A DNA stretch of 64,000 bases, from NCBI GenBank assembly GCA_965649825.1, contig OZ287702.1, forward strand, positions 1,168,786-1,232,785. The letters are read 5' to 3'. A program made the translations under genes and the position numbers. Under the pieces are notes generated by a model. It searched no databases. It worked only from the letters and a program-made list of their open reading frames with translations, and was not told the origin of the DNA. Below, piece by piece: positions 45,711-59,360 of the stretch. The stretch's first letter is position 1. Every line of letters starts with the position of its first letter. Source of the DNA: Penicillus capitatus. Lineage: Eukaryota > Plantae > Chlorophyta.

Positions 45711-46924
45711 ACGGGAACAGGAGCCAGAGAAAGCGGCCACGTTGTTGGAATGGATGATAATGGAGTCATGTTGACGGAGGGCCAATTCTTGGTAATGGCG
45801 ACCCTCTGCGCACGAGGATGAGCGCCTATGGCTCTTTTACGGTTGCATCCGTCGGTGAAGACATCTCTAGCTCGCCCACGTCGGTTAAGACGAGAAACAT
45901 AAGTCTGAAATGGATTGGCGACACTCACAGGATCCCACACCTGTCGAATACGGTGCTGCAATGTGAGTTCCCAGTAAGACATGAGTCACCTTTGAAGCTG
46001 GGTAAGCGCTAGTTGCATTCAGACTCTTTGTACAGCCCTTACATGGCAGCTCCTGAATGAAAACACTCAACTGGGCGTTCCAAACAGCGCACGGTTCTCA
46101 TTCACCTCGACTTGTTGACGCGGCGCTTCGTTGCGCGTCTTGTCGCCAGCCACGTCTTCCTTCTCGGAGGTTTCTTTTCGGCAAGGCTTCCAAGCATCGT
46201 CTCTGAACGAATTCTCCATATCCACTTCGGTTAATGCGCTTTCTTTTAAGGTCACAGAACGAACACACTGGGAAACGCCAACCGCGTCAGCGCTCGCAGA
46301 AATGTTCAATACGCTTACCGTCTTGCCGTGTCCGAACATGTTTGTCGTTCTTTTTAGGTTTGCAGAACGTTCCAGGCCAGAGAGAGAACCGTCGCCCATT
46401 TCTCTGCGGTTCAGTGGCCCGCCGTTGCATTCGGCGACGCTCTGAAAACGGTGAGCAGCACGATTCTTCATTGAAAAGTTCGGTTTGGTTTGACAGCGAC
46501 AATTGCGTCGTAGGTCTTCTTGTAGACGAAACACGTAGAGAAACAAACGCAGATAACGTATGAAAGCTCTGATAACAGATGAATGGCGCATTGTGTCAAA
46601 TGCGCCAAATGGAGCGAATCGAAGGCGTCAACGAGGAGTTTTGGTCCGGTGCGATCATCGGCGGATTTCGACGATGAGAATTCGAGCTATGGATTGTATT
46701 ATGCGCCGCTTGAGTCGTCAGCTTCTGCAGATCTTGATCTTTTCAGCGCTGAGAAAGGCTTTGTCGAACTTGGAATAGTCACAGCTTCATCTGAGTTCGC
46801 GAAATGGAAGGGGATGTCAAACTCCAGTCATCGGCAAATGAACATTCTGAAGAGTCTCTGGCGCAAAATGACGAAACGAACATGGACACTTCGCCGTGGT
46901 GCATGCTGTGGTCGTGAAGGGTAA

Positions 46925-48639
46925 ATGGGCAACAGGAATGCAGCAGTCCTTCACAGGGGTGCTCAGGTGTGGGTCTGTCCGATACCTCACGCAGATGTGG
47001 CTGCGACCCGTGCCATGCTGGACTGGAGCCGGTACGTGCAGACAGCATGGGCTGTGCATCCCCGTCTGGCACTCGGCCTTCTGGGCCGATTTCCAGCCAC
47101 CAGTTCCATCGAGAACGAGCTCTTCTCGCTCATCAGCAAAAACGCAACAGATCCCACTGTGCAGTCCCTTCCGCAAGCGGCAATCCTGCTGGCGACGTGT
47201 GATCCGATGAAGAGAATCAAAGTCTCTTCGAAACTCGATCTGTTGAAGCACTGGGTGCCAGCTTCGGTGTCTGACGCACTTGGTCTCATGGCCGTCGACA
47301 TCAGTCGGCATTCCAGCGTGAAACACTTCATCGTGGCATCCCTCAGCAGAGCAAACCCAGAACAGGTATATCCTTCTGCGTCGAGGACAGCGCCAGCCCA
47401 GTGATGTATGTGTATGACAGTTGGCGTTCTACCTTCCTCAATTGGTTCAGGGACTGCGCAACGACGGCGATCATTCTTTCGAGTACCTGCTCGTTCAGAA
47501 GGCGTCGCAGTCCTGGATTTTCTGTCACAGATTGATGTGGTCCGTGACGCATCGCCCCTGCGTCTCGTCGGTGTGTTCTATGTGTGTTGGTGTTCAGGTA
47601 TCTACGTTCGGAATGCAAACCGCCTCCCGAGGCCATGAATCCGGTCATCAAGCGCTCTGGCTGGAAGGCTCCGAGTGATACGGGGCTCTGGAGCATCACG
47701 GAGAAGCTCTACCACTCCATTCGCAACGCACTGTCGGATGAGCAGCGCATCTTCATGGATGCCGAAATGGGCTTCTTCGATCAGATCACAGAGATCTCAG
47801 GCATCCTCAAACCCATTCCCACAGATGAACGGCGCACGAAGATTGAAGAAGTGCTGCAGGGGATCTCTCTCGAAAGGGAGGATCTCTACATCCCCACCAA
47901 TCCGGAGTCGATTGTCACACAGATCATATGTGACAGCGGCACCCCTATGCCCAGCAAAGAGAAGATGCCAATACTGGTTCAGTTCCAAGTCGAACAGCGA
48001 CAAGGAGACGAGGAATCAGGTGCCGGGCAGCGCAAACAGGTATGTGATCAGCAGGCAGATGTCGTTGGCAGACCATCGAACCTGTGGTGTGTACGCATCG
48101 CAGGCCTGTATCTTCAAAGTCGGAGATGACGTGCGTCAAGACGTCCTTGCACTGCAGATCATCAAGCTTTTAAAAGATGTTTTCATCAAGGCAGGTCTCG
48201 ACCTGTATCTCTGTCCCTACGGTGTGATTCCGACGGGGTACGAGAAAGGTACGACCTCCTGCATGTGTCCATCAGACGAGCAACTCGAGTTTCTGCGGTG
48301 ACAGGTATCATCGAAGTGGTGCCGAACAGCAAATCTCGATCGGCCTTGGGTGAGACGACGGATGGCGGTCTGTACGAGATCTTTCAGAGGGAATTCGGGG
48401 CGCCGGGGTCGCCGCGATTCGAAGCGGCTCGGCACAATTTCATGGTTTCCGAAGCAGGCTATGCCATTGCCAGTTTTCTGCTGCAGTGCAAGGATCGACA
48501 CAACGGCAACATTCGCAATCGCTTTCATCTCGATAAAAGCGAGAAGCAAGGGGCTGCTCATATCCGAAGCGTGGTCGATAATGCGTACTGAAAATGGACA
48601 ACAGCATTGTACGATAAGCTGCAGAATTATACCTATTGA
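46925..48639 (+). pseudogene. Phosphatidylinositol 4-kinase alpha (PI4KA-like) pseudogene fragment with introns
   Basis: [45 protein letters not shown]. The DFG/activation segment is absent, there is an in-frame TGA at 48589 before KWTTALYD, and most of the N-terminus is missing. Confidence 0.85.
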
Positions 48640-49319
48640 TCCCGAGAGGGGTGGTTTACTGGGAAACCCTCTTTAATTGTCAAAGCTCTCTGTTTATCGT
48701 ATACAGGAGAATGAGTAAAATGCTTTAGAACACGCGAAGAAGACCCGGGGAGGAAACACGCTATTTCGGATCGCTGTATCACGAAAAGACAGCATCATCA
48801 TGTTACAGGATAAAAGTCATCCATCATTGAATCAGCGTAGTTGACGACATCATTCTATGCAGCCGACAAAACAATAAGCTAGATTAAAAACAGCAGAAAG
48901 AAACGCACTAAAGAAGTAGGAGTCCCTCAAGGTATCAAAACTAGGTAACTACGTCCCCCAATCAGTCAAGGTCAGTGTTTTTATTTCTTCCATCCACCGA
49001 AATGAGACCCGTGAGAGGCAGGAAATCCGTGGTCGCTCGAGGCAGCAGTTGCACTTCCGCCCGCTGCACCTTTAGCATGACCGTTGCCGCTCGATGCTGC
49101 TTGAACGCCGCTAGCACCGCTGGAGGAAGCATGCCTTCCATTCTGATCTGCTCCAGCTACTCCACTGAAATCGGTGAAACCAGAAGCCTGCGCTGTGCTG
49201 TCCTTTGGAGCTACGGTTGCGGTCTTTCCATAGCTATCGGTCATCGCGACTGCAGTGCCTCCCCGTACGTCCTGATCGTCTCCGATGGATTCGCCTTTAG
49301 TGAATGCCCAGAGACGCCA

Positions 49320-49720
49320 TTGTTTTCTGAACCCAAAGTGTCTATTCGAGTTCTTCTTGCTTTCCTGTACGAAGTGAGTCAAGCGCTCGTTGATCAGTTT
49401 CTCCAGGACTTTCCCGATTATTACAGGAATCAAGGATATGGATCGAAGTCTTGCAAGTCGATTTTTATGTAGTCTTCGGTCTTCGGGACTGCGAACACAT
49501 CTGCGCATTTCCAGGTGGAACAGTGAGTTTCGCGCATGAGGCATGCGTTCATGATCCCGACAAGGATAGGTATTACAGTATGGCAACAGCGCCCGAGGAT
49601 AACATTTGGTATTTCATCATGGTCTGGGGCACCGTATTCTTTCTGATTGTGTATGCCATGGAAAAGCTTTTCAGATGAGATCGGTGGAAATTGGTTCGAA
49701 GAATCTGACAACAAATTATC
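49320..49720 (-). mobile_element. Degenerate non-LTR (LINE) retrotransposon reverse-transcriptase fragment
   Basis: FPPISSEKL..GI...GAPDHDEIPN.IL...IMNACL...WKCADVFAVPK, then after a frameshift RSISLIPVIIGKVLEKLINERL...HFGFR: the N-terminal RT blocks only. Confidence 0.8.
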
Positions 49721-51731
49721 TGTTGGAGGTAAGTCCCGTTCAGGTTCGCACGGAAAGAACTTTTTCTTTGGGGCCTCTATGATATCTTCATAAATCTCCG
49801 AGAACCGAAGCGCCCCGAAACCATATCAGACGGAATCGATTTCGATTACAATGTGCGAATAAAATGTTCCCTTATGAAGACAGGAGATGAGTTCATCATC
49901 TTCATTGTCGTTTGTAGATGTCGCAGGAATCAACGTTGGAAACAAAGCGCGCCATAAGACGAAATCATTTAACGCAGATGTTCCGCACGAGATCATATTC
50001 GAGCGTTAGTTTTTAATCACAGTCCCGTCATGTAAGTGTACCATCGAGACCGGAAGACACACTTTGTGATTATTAGCCTCTAGCGAAGCTCACAAAATAA
50101 TAAAACATAGACTCTTGCAACAGTAGCTGTGTATCAGCTTATTTGGTTTGTTGCCTGAACGACACTGTGCACTAGTGGCTGGAAGAAGCCACACTCAACA
50201 CGACATTGACTTGGGCTAACCCGTCGCCTGGAGTACAAGTCAAGTTGTACTATCCAAAGCGATAATCCCTCACTTGCACAGGGTTCTGACACGCTGCGTT
50301 GTTGGGGAATACGAATTCCACTGTGTTTTCTTCAATCTTGAAAGGTACGCCCAGATCGAGGAGAACACACACTGTGAAGACAACTTCATTGCTGAAACCT
50401 GCTCCCTCGACATATCGCTTTAACTCGGCTGGAGACGATTGCGGCTGGATGCACAATCTACCGACATTAGAAACAAGGGTACAACTGGGTCTGACTATAG
50501 AGACAGTCAGCAAATGATCGCAGCACTTCGCGGAGAATGTTTACCATCAATAATGTCGGGTATCAAAGGAGCGGGGGGAGGGCCATCTGGAGCGGGAGAC
50601 GTCGACAATGCCGCGACAACATTAGGGGCACGAGGAAGACGCCACACTCCGCTGCCTTCCAGTAAGCGTCTTCCTGGAAAGTCGGCTTCCGATGTCCTTC
50701 CTCGGAGAGCATCGTTTCCTCCAGTGATTCCCGAGGGAACACGCAACGCTGCGCAAACACAACAAAGTCTGCCACGACGAACGAATTCACATTCGGATGC
50801 TACCGTCACACAAAACGAAGCACCACGCGACGATCTGTAGCAGACAGCACGCGGTTAGTCGGATGGAACGTGCAACGGACGATCTGTTCGCGCGACTTAC
50901 AAGACAGGTGATATAACGTTCTGCGACGAAAGTCGACATCGTCTAGGGAGAATCCGCTTGGAATCGACTTTGCTGTCTTGTTTTACAACAACTGATCTTT
51001 GCGCAGCATACGTCAGCGTGGCTTAAATACCAGAGCCAACTGTAGTGATCTTGACATGGCTTCGGAGCGGTGGCCGCTCTTTGTGAAGTTCGCAGGGGTT
51101 CTCACCTCAAACGTATAGCTGCCAGGTAATTGAAGGTTTGCCGAACTCGCAGATCTCACGCGAACCCTATGATAGGTGACGTTAGACGGAACATGCGAAG
51201 CCACTGCCAAGTGTCCGTTGTTCTCGAGTTGGCCGCCCTCTTGCCCACGCTGAAATGCAGTTAGAAGCCTCCCCCAACCAAAGGCCTCGTCATCTGCGTC
51301 GAGGACGACGATCTGCGTTTCTGAAACATGATTCAGAATCAAATGCTTACGAGGATCTCCAGTGCATTTTGGCGTGTGGACAAGAAGTAGCTTCACTGCC
51401 ATCATCTCCGCAAAAAGACGAAATCGGCATCGTCAATTTGAACAAATACTGATTCAAAGACACAGAACCATCGGTACCATGTAAAGTAGAACAAAAGAAG
51501 AGTCTCATGTTGTTTTCAGGTGAATGAGTGGTCGGGACATTAGCTTCCACATGCAACTCCACTTGGGTTTTCGAGAAGATCAGCCAAGCGAAGGCATTGT
51601 CTAGAACTGGCATCGGAGGGAAAGAGGAATCCTGGGTGTCCTAGCTCGCATTCGCATGACACTGCGTCTATTCTGTCGTGTTTCTTTTCATGTCTGTTTT
51701 ATCATGGAGTCAATCTTCACAGAAACAAGGA

Positions 51732-51774
51732 CATTCTACTTAGAGATCCCATTCTACTTAGAGATCCTATTCTA
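51732..51774. repeat. 18-bp tandem repeat, ~2.4 copies
   Basis: cattctacttagagatcc cattctacttagagatcc tattcta. Confidence 0.8.
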
Positions 51775-53049
51775 AAAGTCACTGTTTAACAGGTTGTTGT
51801 GCATTCAGTTAATGAACCTTGTTTACCTCCCCCGATACGCTTACACGTTCTGGAAATGTCTGTTCGGAAATGGACAAAGGAATTACTGTGGAGTGAGCTA
51901 TTTCCTTGTTTTGGAGTGCCTCTCTTGTGACATGGTATGGGTCAGTTCGCTATTCTTGTAAAATCGGACAGCGGGATTTCCCACATCCATGCACGGGCTT
52001 CGTACGCTGCAGCGTCAAGAGAAATTTGCGGTACAATGTCGGCATAATATCTTATCACCTACGGAATAGATTTGTCAAAAACTTCAGAGATTTCTGGTAC
52101 AAGACCTGAGGAACAATGTATCGTTTTTTGGCGCAAGAGAGCTAAGAGTAAGGATATCGTATAAAGACAGAGCATCCACGAAAATGGACTCCTCTGATGC
52201 TGTGCAGTTCCTGAACGATGATTCGTTAGATTGCATGTTAATACTAATTATCACAGCCGATGATAGATGCTGCATGTGAAAATCAGATCCTTTTGGAATG
52301 TAGAATCCAGAGCACTTCGCATTCAGACGATCATCTCCCACGGCATTTTGCCTTTGGAATCGGGTAACTGTACAGCCGTTGTCCTTTCTTTGAGGTTCTT
52401 ATGTCTCTTTTCTGTTGTCGGGGAACGACGAACGGCTTCCTGAAGTTCAGAACAAACTCGCAGCTCGGTAACTAACCAATTTGGAAGGCAATAGAGGGAG
52501 ACATTGTGTCTACGCGAAAGCTTTTCCCAACTGCACATATAACAGTGTGATCCAAGCGATACAGAAGAATAGACACGCTCAGTGCGGACAACACGAGCAT
52601 CGTCTGAACAGCACTCGACCTCGTGCATGTCAGAACAGCTTCACCGCTTTTCAACTTTTGAGGATAGCTGAACGTTGGAGGTATCGTGAGAGACCCCGAC
52701 CATGATGTTGTGGAGTCGACGACACGACGATCTCTCAACGAATGAACAGATATCTGCGTATCGAGTTTCGCAGACGGCGCGACTTCTCGGCAAACTCATC
52801 GGTCACTGCCTCCTCCACCTTGTTACTAGCTAAGTGCGTCGTCTGCTGACCCGAAGCTTCGTCTAAGAGGAATATTTAAACACCGGTCCGTCGTCCGTAT
52901 TCGCACCAGTCGCTTTGTTCTGAATTCTGAGCACAAACGGCATGATGGCAAATATTGTCGGACGCAGGCGCCAGAAAGCAAGATCTGTTGCATCTGATCC
53001 TTCTTCGCACGAGAGCAGACTTGTCGACTGGAGGGGAAGACGACGGGGA

Positions 53050-56000
53050 ATGTTCTCTGTTGCAAAACTACAGACGTGTGTCGCGAGAGCTTTTCTTTGC
53101 TGCGTTCTCCTGACATTTGAGCCGGTCACTGCGCAGCCCAGAGAAGCGATGCGTGTTCCTCTCACAGAGACCCAGTTTTCGACAAGTGAGTCAACTAAAC
53201 GTCGCTTCGGATCATTTTTCGTTTGGCACATTTTCTTCGTCTTTACGTGCGCACACACAAACTGCATCGATCTTCGCTCCTCATCACAATTATCTGCCAT
53301 CATGCACACAATGTGTTAGATGCTTTCAGCCAACGGTATCAAGAGCGGAGCAGAAAGAAGGCCGGTTTCGAGCGGATCATTCAGGTATCTGATCATTACT
53401 CTTTCTCACTTGGGACATGTGATCGAACCGACTATTATCAGGAACGTCCAACAGCTCGCCGTCTATGGCAGATATCACGCAGCACTGCTGACGAAGGTAT
53501 CACCGAAGGGGCCACGATCCCGCAATAACTGTGCGTGGTCCTGACAGACACAGAGTGTCGGCTGACGCGACAGGAGCAATCCGATCTGCTTGATGAAGAC
53601 ACAAGGACATGGTTGATCGGGCCGACAGCATTGGAAGGCGTGTTGGGAGACTTGGGTGTCATTATCAACTGCACGCAAGAGAACGACATCATTCTTCTGC
53701 GCATTGCAGACGAGATACGATTACCCGATCGAGTGATCATACCTAGGAATCTCACTCTGAGCGCCTATATCCCATCGACGGATCTCGTTGATGGCATCCT
53801 TCCAGAGGCGAAAAGCAAAGTTCGACTGAGGTGTCCGCAAAAGGACGGTATCTTCTACATCAGGTACGCTCAGCGACAGCAACTGTTTGTCTGGCGATGT
53901 GACTGACTGTTCGTCATATGCAGGTCCCAGAGTGTGCTCCTGGCTAATCTCGTTTTTCAGGGCTGCTCCTTGGACACGGAAAGTGCATCCATCATCGAGG
54001 TCGGCGCTTGCATGCCGGACAGCCCTCCAGGAACGATCAGGCTGCATCACGTGGCATTCAGGCGAAACTCACTTGGCGGAGCCAGTGCTCTCACCTTTTC
54101 CAGGTCATCGTGCTCGTCTTTGGAGATGGTCGACGTCATTTTCTCGAACAACAGCTGCGGTGATCGGTGCTTTGCCAGACTTTCTCTGGTGAATGATCTG
54201 AGAGGATTGACTGTAAGGAGGAACGTTCGGTTGTCCGAAGGAAATGCATCGTCATCGCTGATGTCGTCCCCATCAGGATCCTCATCGCTGGTGGACCGTC
54301 TGAGAGCGAGTTCGAATGAACTGTCTGTTCTGCACATCGTCGAAGGCAGTCTAGAGATGAACGGTGCTAAGATCAAGACCTCAAGACAGTCCTCTCTCTT
54401 ACTGGACCATGCGCAAATGGCTGTCATCGTCAACAGCTCATTCCACGAAAACTCCTCTCCATTCTTTGGGGCTGCGATCCTTTCACATGCCACCAAGACC
54501 TTCACAGTGTTCAACTGCAACTTTACCTCGAATTCCGCAGAGAATGGTGCCGCCATCGCTTCTTTCGATGGCGACTTGACGATTGATCGTTGCTCCGTTC
54601 AAGACAATAACGCCACCGGAGATGCTGGCTCCCTCTTGGTATCCAATGGAAGGCTGGAGCTGCTCTCCACAGTCTTCAAAAACAATAAGGCTGTGGGCAA
54701 TGGAGGTGCCATCTTTCTCGCAGAGAGCATCTCGTCGAGACTGTCCTCAGTGAAGTGCCTTAACAACACAGCTGGAAAAGGGGGCTGTATACAGATATCG
54801 ACATCCAGCGGTTTTATCCTTGACAACTCCGTTTTATCGAAGAACAGTGCAGACAACGGAGGCGCCATTCACTGCGATGACGTTTCGGAGAGCAAGATCG
54901 CAAACACAACTTTCGAGAGTAACGTTGCATACGATAAAGGAGGAGCTATCTTGCTCTTGGCATCTCATCAGATGGAACTTCACAACTGTACTGTAAACAA
55001 CAACTCAGCTGTGACGGGGGGAGGCCTTGGCTGCAGCTCCTCAGAAGATCTGGTTATTCGCCAATCTGTTTTCTCTCGTAACAATGCATCCAGTGAGGGC
55101 GCAGGAGCTGACATCGATGACCTAAGCATTGTTCGTCTGGACGAAGTGATCTGGTATGAAAACGCCGCCCAAGAAGTCGGAGGAGGACTGAGGGTCGAAA
55201 ATTCCAGCATTGATTCTCGCAGATGCAACTTCTCAGGAAACACGGCTAGTCATGGCTCGGGTCTAAACATCGTGGACGGAAGGGTGAACATGGAAGAGGA
55301 CAGCTTCATCAGGAACAGTGCACAGCACGCCGGAGGAGGCATGTCAGCTCTGGTGACAACCATCAACATGAAGAACTGCTTCATATCTCAGAATGCTGCC
55401 GACTTTGGCGGAGGGGTGAATGTCGCGCGTGGAACTGCCATTATCCACAACACGACCTTCACACAGAACAGAGCTCTCCGAAGCCGAGGAGGTGGCCTTG
55501 CTGGTGACGAAAGCGAAATCACAATCTCGAACTCTTCCCTATCATCCAACAAAGCCACTTTTTCTGGAGGCGGCGCTGATTTTGTCGGCTGCAATGTGAC
55601 TGGCGACAATCTGATCATTCGCAACAATGAAGGCACACAACTTGGCGGCGGAATCAGTTGCACACGAAGAACTTTGTTCAATTTATCCGATTCTGTTTTG
55701 CAGTTCAACCTTGCTCTGGACAGCGGGGGTCTTGTCATTCAAGAGAGGACATTGATGCACTTAGTGAACTGCAGCATCGAATCTAACAACGCCACAACAA
55801 ATGCTGGAGGAATCGGCGTCTACCGAAACAGCAAAATGACGCTCGAGAATTCGATACTATCATTCAATCGTGCAACGAGAGATGGCGGCGGTGCTCGTCT
55901 CCACGGAGGGGAACTGACTATCTTGGGTGGATCGGTCATCAGTAATGAAGCAACGCAGAAAGGAGGATGTCTACGTGGCACAGAATCGAGTACTTTCCAT

Positions 56001-59000
56001 GCGACAAACAGTTCTTTCCGTGGCAACAGTGCCCCTCTTGGAGGTTGTCTTCACATCGACGTGCATTCGCAAGTGTTCCTTCATGAGTCTGTGCTCGAGA
56101 ACAGTACAGCGACCGAGAAGGGCGGTGCTGTTTTCCTCGAAGACTCTGAAGCCAGTGCAAACACGAGTGCTTTTCGAAGAAACGAGGCCGTTGTTGGAGG
56201 ATCCATCGTCATGACAAATTCCAGTCTGCGACTGGCAACGTCTTCATTCTCAGGGGACAAGGCTGCCTTGAGCGGAGGATCCATTGCAGCAGATCTGAAC
56301 AATTCGTTGATGATCCTGGAGACAGTATTCGCAAACGCCGAAGCAAAGAATGGCGGAAGCGTTTGGCTTTCTGGGTCGAATCTCACGGCTACTGGAGTAG
56401 AGATCACTGGGTGTGTGGCCGAGAAAACGGGTGGAGGTGTTCTGGCAAACACGTCCTCTATTTTCCTATGTTCCGGGTACGCCTTAAGCAACAGCAGGGC
56501 AGAAGAACATGGAGGGGCAATTGCTTTTGATTCTTCTGATCCTCAGTCTTTGGCACTGCGGCTGAACAACTGCACATTCACCAACAACAGCGCCAACCTT
56601 GGAGGTATATTCATGGTCTACAGGATATGAATCCTCAATGATGGTGTCACAGGTGCAGTACACGTTTCTACTCCATACCGTCCACAAGGGTGCACAGATT
56701 CTTCTGCTTCTTGTGCCTTTGTATCGGTGACAAACTGCAGCTTCTCAAGCAACCAGGCGAATACATCTGGAGGCGCCATTTTCACAAAGGATCCCAGCGT
56801 CCTTCGTTACTCCTGCTCGTCTAAGGACACAGACATGCTATCAGAAGGGCATGCGGCTGACGCTTTCAAGGACCTGCATTTCCTAGAGTCTGCTCAAGAT
56901 ATATGTCCGGAATGGGAAGGAAACAACGCAGGCCTGTACGGCCCAGTCATCGCTTCCTATGCCAGATCCGTTAAGGGATTCGCTGTCAGCACTGCTGGTC
57001 AAACGGACAACGAAGAGCCCGTCAAGAATAATCAACTCGTTTCCAAGAATCATCGAAGTGGAGACTCCCTACCGGTGCTTCTTGCCGAGGTCCTGGACGG
57101 ATACGGACAAAGTCCTGCTCTCGGTGAAGGGGATGCATTCGTTCGGGCAACCATGTACTCTCCCAACGACATCTTCTCTGGAGAAGTCAACATGGAAGTG
57201 AACGCCAAGCGAAAGGGCTTCCCGCCTATCACAGGATTTCAGCGTCCAGGCCAATACGAAATCCAGATCGACTTCAGCGAACCCGGTCTGGAACCTCTGG
57301 CGATCGAGGTTGAAATCAGAGGCTGCATACTGGGCGAGTTCTCACAGGAAAACGGAACGCTATGTGTCCTCTGCAGCGGATCGCAGTACAACTTCGATCC
57401 AGATGCAACCACTTGTCAACCGTGTCCCGAGAACGGAAACTGTACCACGGATGTCATTCACCCCGACAGGGGCTACTGGCATCGAACGCCCTGCTCACGA
57501 CATGTTCAGCGATGTGTGTCGCGGGATGCCTGTGACTTCAGTGGTCGAGAAGATGATCTGAACGCAGTGACAAGTGAAATGGAAACCTGTACGCTGGACA
57601 AGACATTGGACAGAGACTACTCTCGTGCACAGTGCAAGAAAGTGGGCTTCATTTAAGACGAGCCAAATACTAAGCGTTCTGCTTTAGGGCTACGCCGGTT
57701 TACTCTGTGGTTCCTGTGTTGCTGGCTATGGACGTTCTTGGTCTTTTGACTGTGGCAAATGCTTCCACGATTCTGCGACAGCCATGTTTCTTGTGGCTTC
57801 AGTCTTTGTGCTGGTGCTTCTCTCCAGCTTCGCAATCCGAAGCAACTTGAACACACGACTGGCGAATCTCGGACGAACCAATCGCATCAGTCGAAGAAAT
57901 CCTCACCGTTCTCTTCCAAAACCGAGAGCATCGTCGACCGACGTCCCAGTCAACTTCGAAATGGTGGAGATGCTATACAGAGGAGAGGTGGCGCCAGAGC
58001 TCATTCATCCAGATCTGCTGGCCGCAGCTGCGACAAGGAATCGAAATTCAGCATCCGACTCAGCAAACGCGAAGCGTATGGTCGTCGAAATCTTCAAGGC
58101 AGGATCCTGTCAATATCTCCTATCACCTCACCGTGTTCAGCAGATCATCATAAACTTCCTTCAAGTGGTCGCTGCAGCTGCCATCATTAATGTGAACTGG
58201 ACTGCCTGGATGCGTTCCTTGCTCTTCACAGCGGGTGCGCCCTCTTGCTTCCGAATTCAAAACTCTCTTGTTAACCATCCGTTATATCTGCAGATTTTCT
58301 GGGCGGAGCTGCCACTGGAGGAATAGCGATCTCTGTCGACTGCCTGTTTGATGCACACAACGATCCTCCCAGATCGGTGCTGCGATCCATTGTCCATCTC
58401 CTCATTCCTTTAGGTATTCTGGCATTCTACATCTTCTTTTGGCTGTTCTTGACTTGGAAGTATGACGAGAACACATGGTACTTTGCAAGAAGGGCGTTAC
58501 TCAGTTTCCTAGCTGTCGCTTACCTGACTTACATTTCTATCACCAAGACGGCAGTTAACATCCTTCACTGCATCACGATTCACGACGCCACGGATTTCGA
58601 AAATGACTACACTGACAAGTATTGGGCTCTGGATACATCCCTGAGGTGCTACGTGGGATCTCACGCTGTGCTTGTCTCGACTGTCGGTTGGCCTATCCTC
58701 ATTGTTTTTTCTTTTGGACTGCCAGTCATGTTGACGTATATCTTGATCAGGCAACGCTCTCAGGAACCAGGTCTGAACCCTTGGCTCGCTGATGCCACGG
58801 GGTTCCTGTACCGCGCCTACAAGGACCGTTTCATTTTCTGGGAATCCATTGTGATGCTCAGAAAAGCGATCCTAACCGTCGTGGTTACACTCTCCTATCC
58901 ATTGGGAGCCAACATCCAAGGGATCCTTGCTGTTTGCGTGCTGGCACTCGCAATCTATATCCATGTGACCTGTCGGCCGTTTGATGAGCCCTACGATTTC

Positions 59001-59360
59001 CTAAACACCTTTGAGACAGCATCTTTGGTTGTTTCGCAGCTGACATTCGCATCTGGTTTGTTTTTTAATGATGATCGTACTTCTGGTACTGTCAAAGTTC
59101 TTCTTTCACTTTTGCTGTCGGCGGCAATCTGTGGGTTATTTCTCTTTTTGTCTTATGCTTTCATGAAATCTGCAGAAATCCATCTCAGAACCGTATGTGA
59201 GGAGGAAGGCAGGGAAGGTGTTCAAGAATGGAGTACCCTCCGTGTCTTGAGGACTTATCTTTCTGCGCGTGTGATGGGGTGTGTTGGTTGCTTGTTCTGC
59301 AAACAGGACCGCCGACATTCAATCAAAGTCCAAGAGCCAGTTGCCTCTTCCAGCGCATAA
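53050..59360 (+). CDS. Pmp-like (GGA[I/L/V]/FxxN beta-helix repeat) extracellular domain + Cys-rich region + multi-pass membrane domain, multi-exon
   Basis: Signal-like MFSVAKLQTCVARAFLCCVLLTFEPVTA; many N.A..GGAI repeats in ORF 53934-56630; CVLCSGSQYNF...CQPCPENGNC; several hydrophobic helices in 57784-59360, including YRAYKDRFIFWESIVMLRK. Confidence 0.82.

Noticed and set aside
46067-46591. 174-aa minus-strand ORF between the NB-ARC-TPR gene and the PI4KA relic
   Set aside because: No recognisable domain or supported splice link to either neighbour.
50250-51613. Short ORFs possibly from LINE ORF1 or another decayed gene
   Set aside because: No diagnostic motif (no zinc knuckle or endonuclease signature) that I can support.
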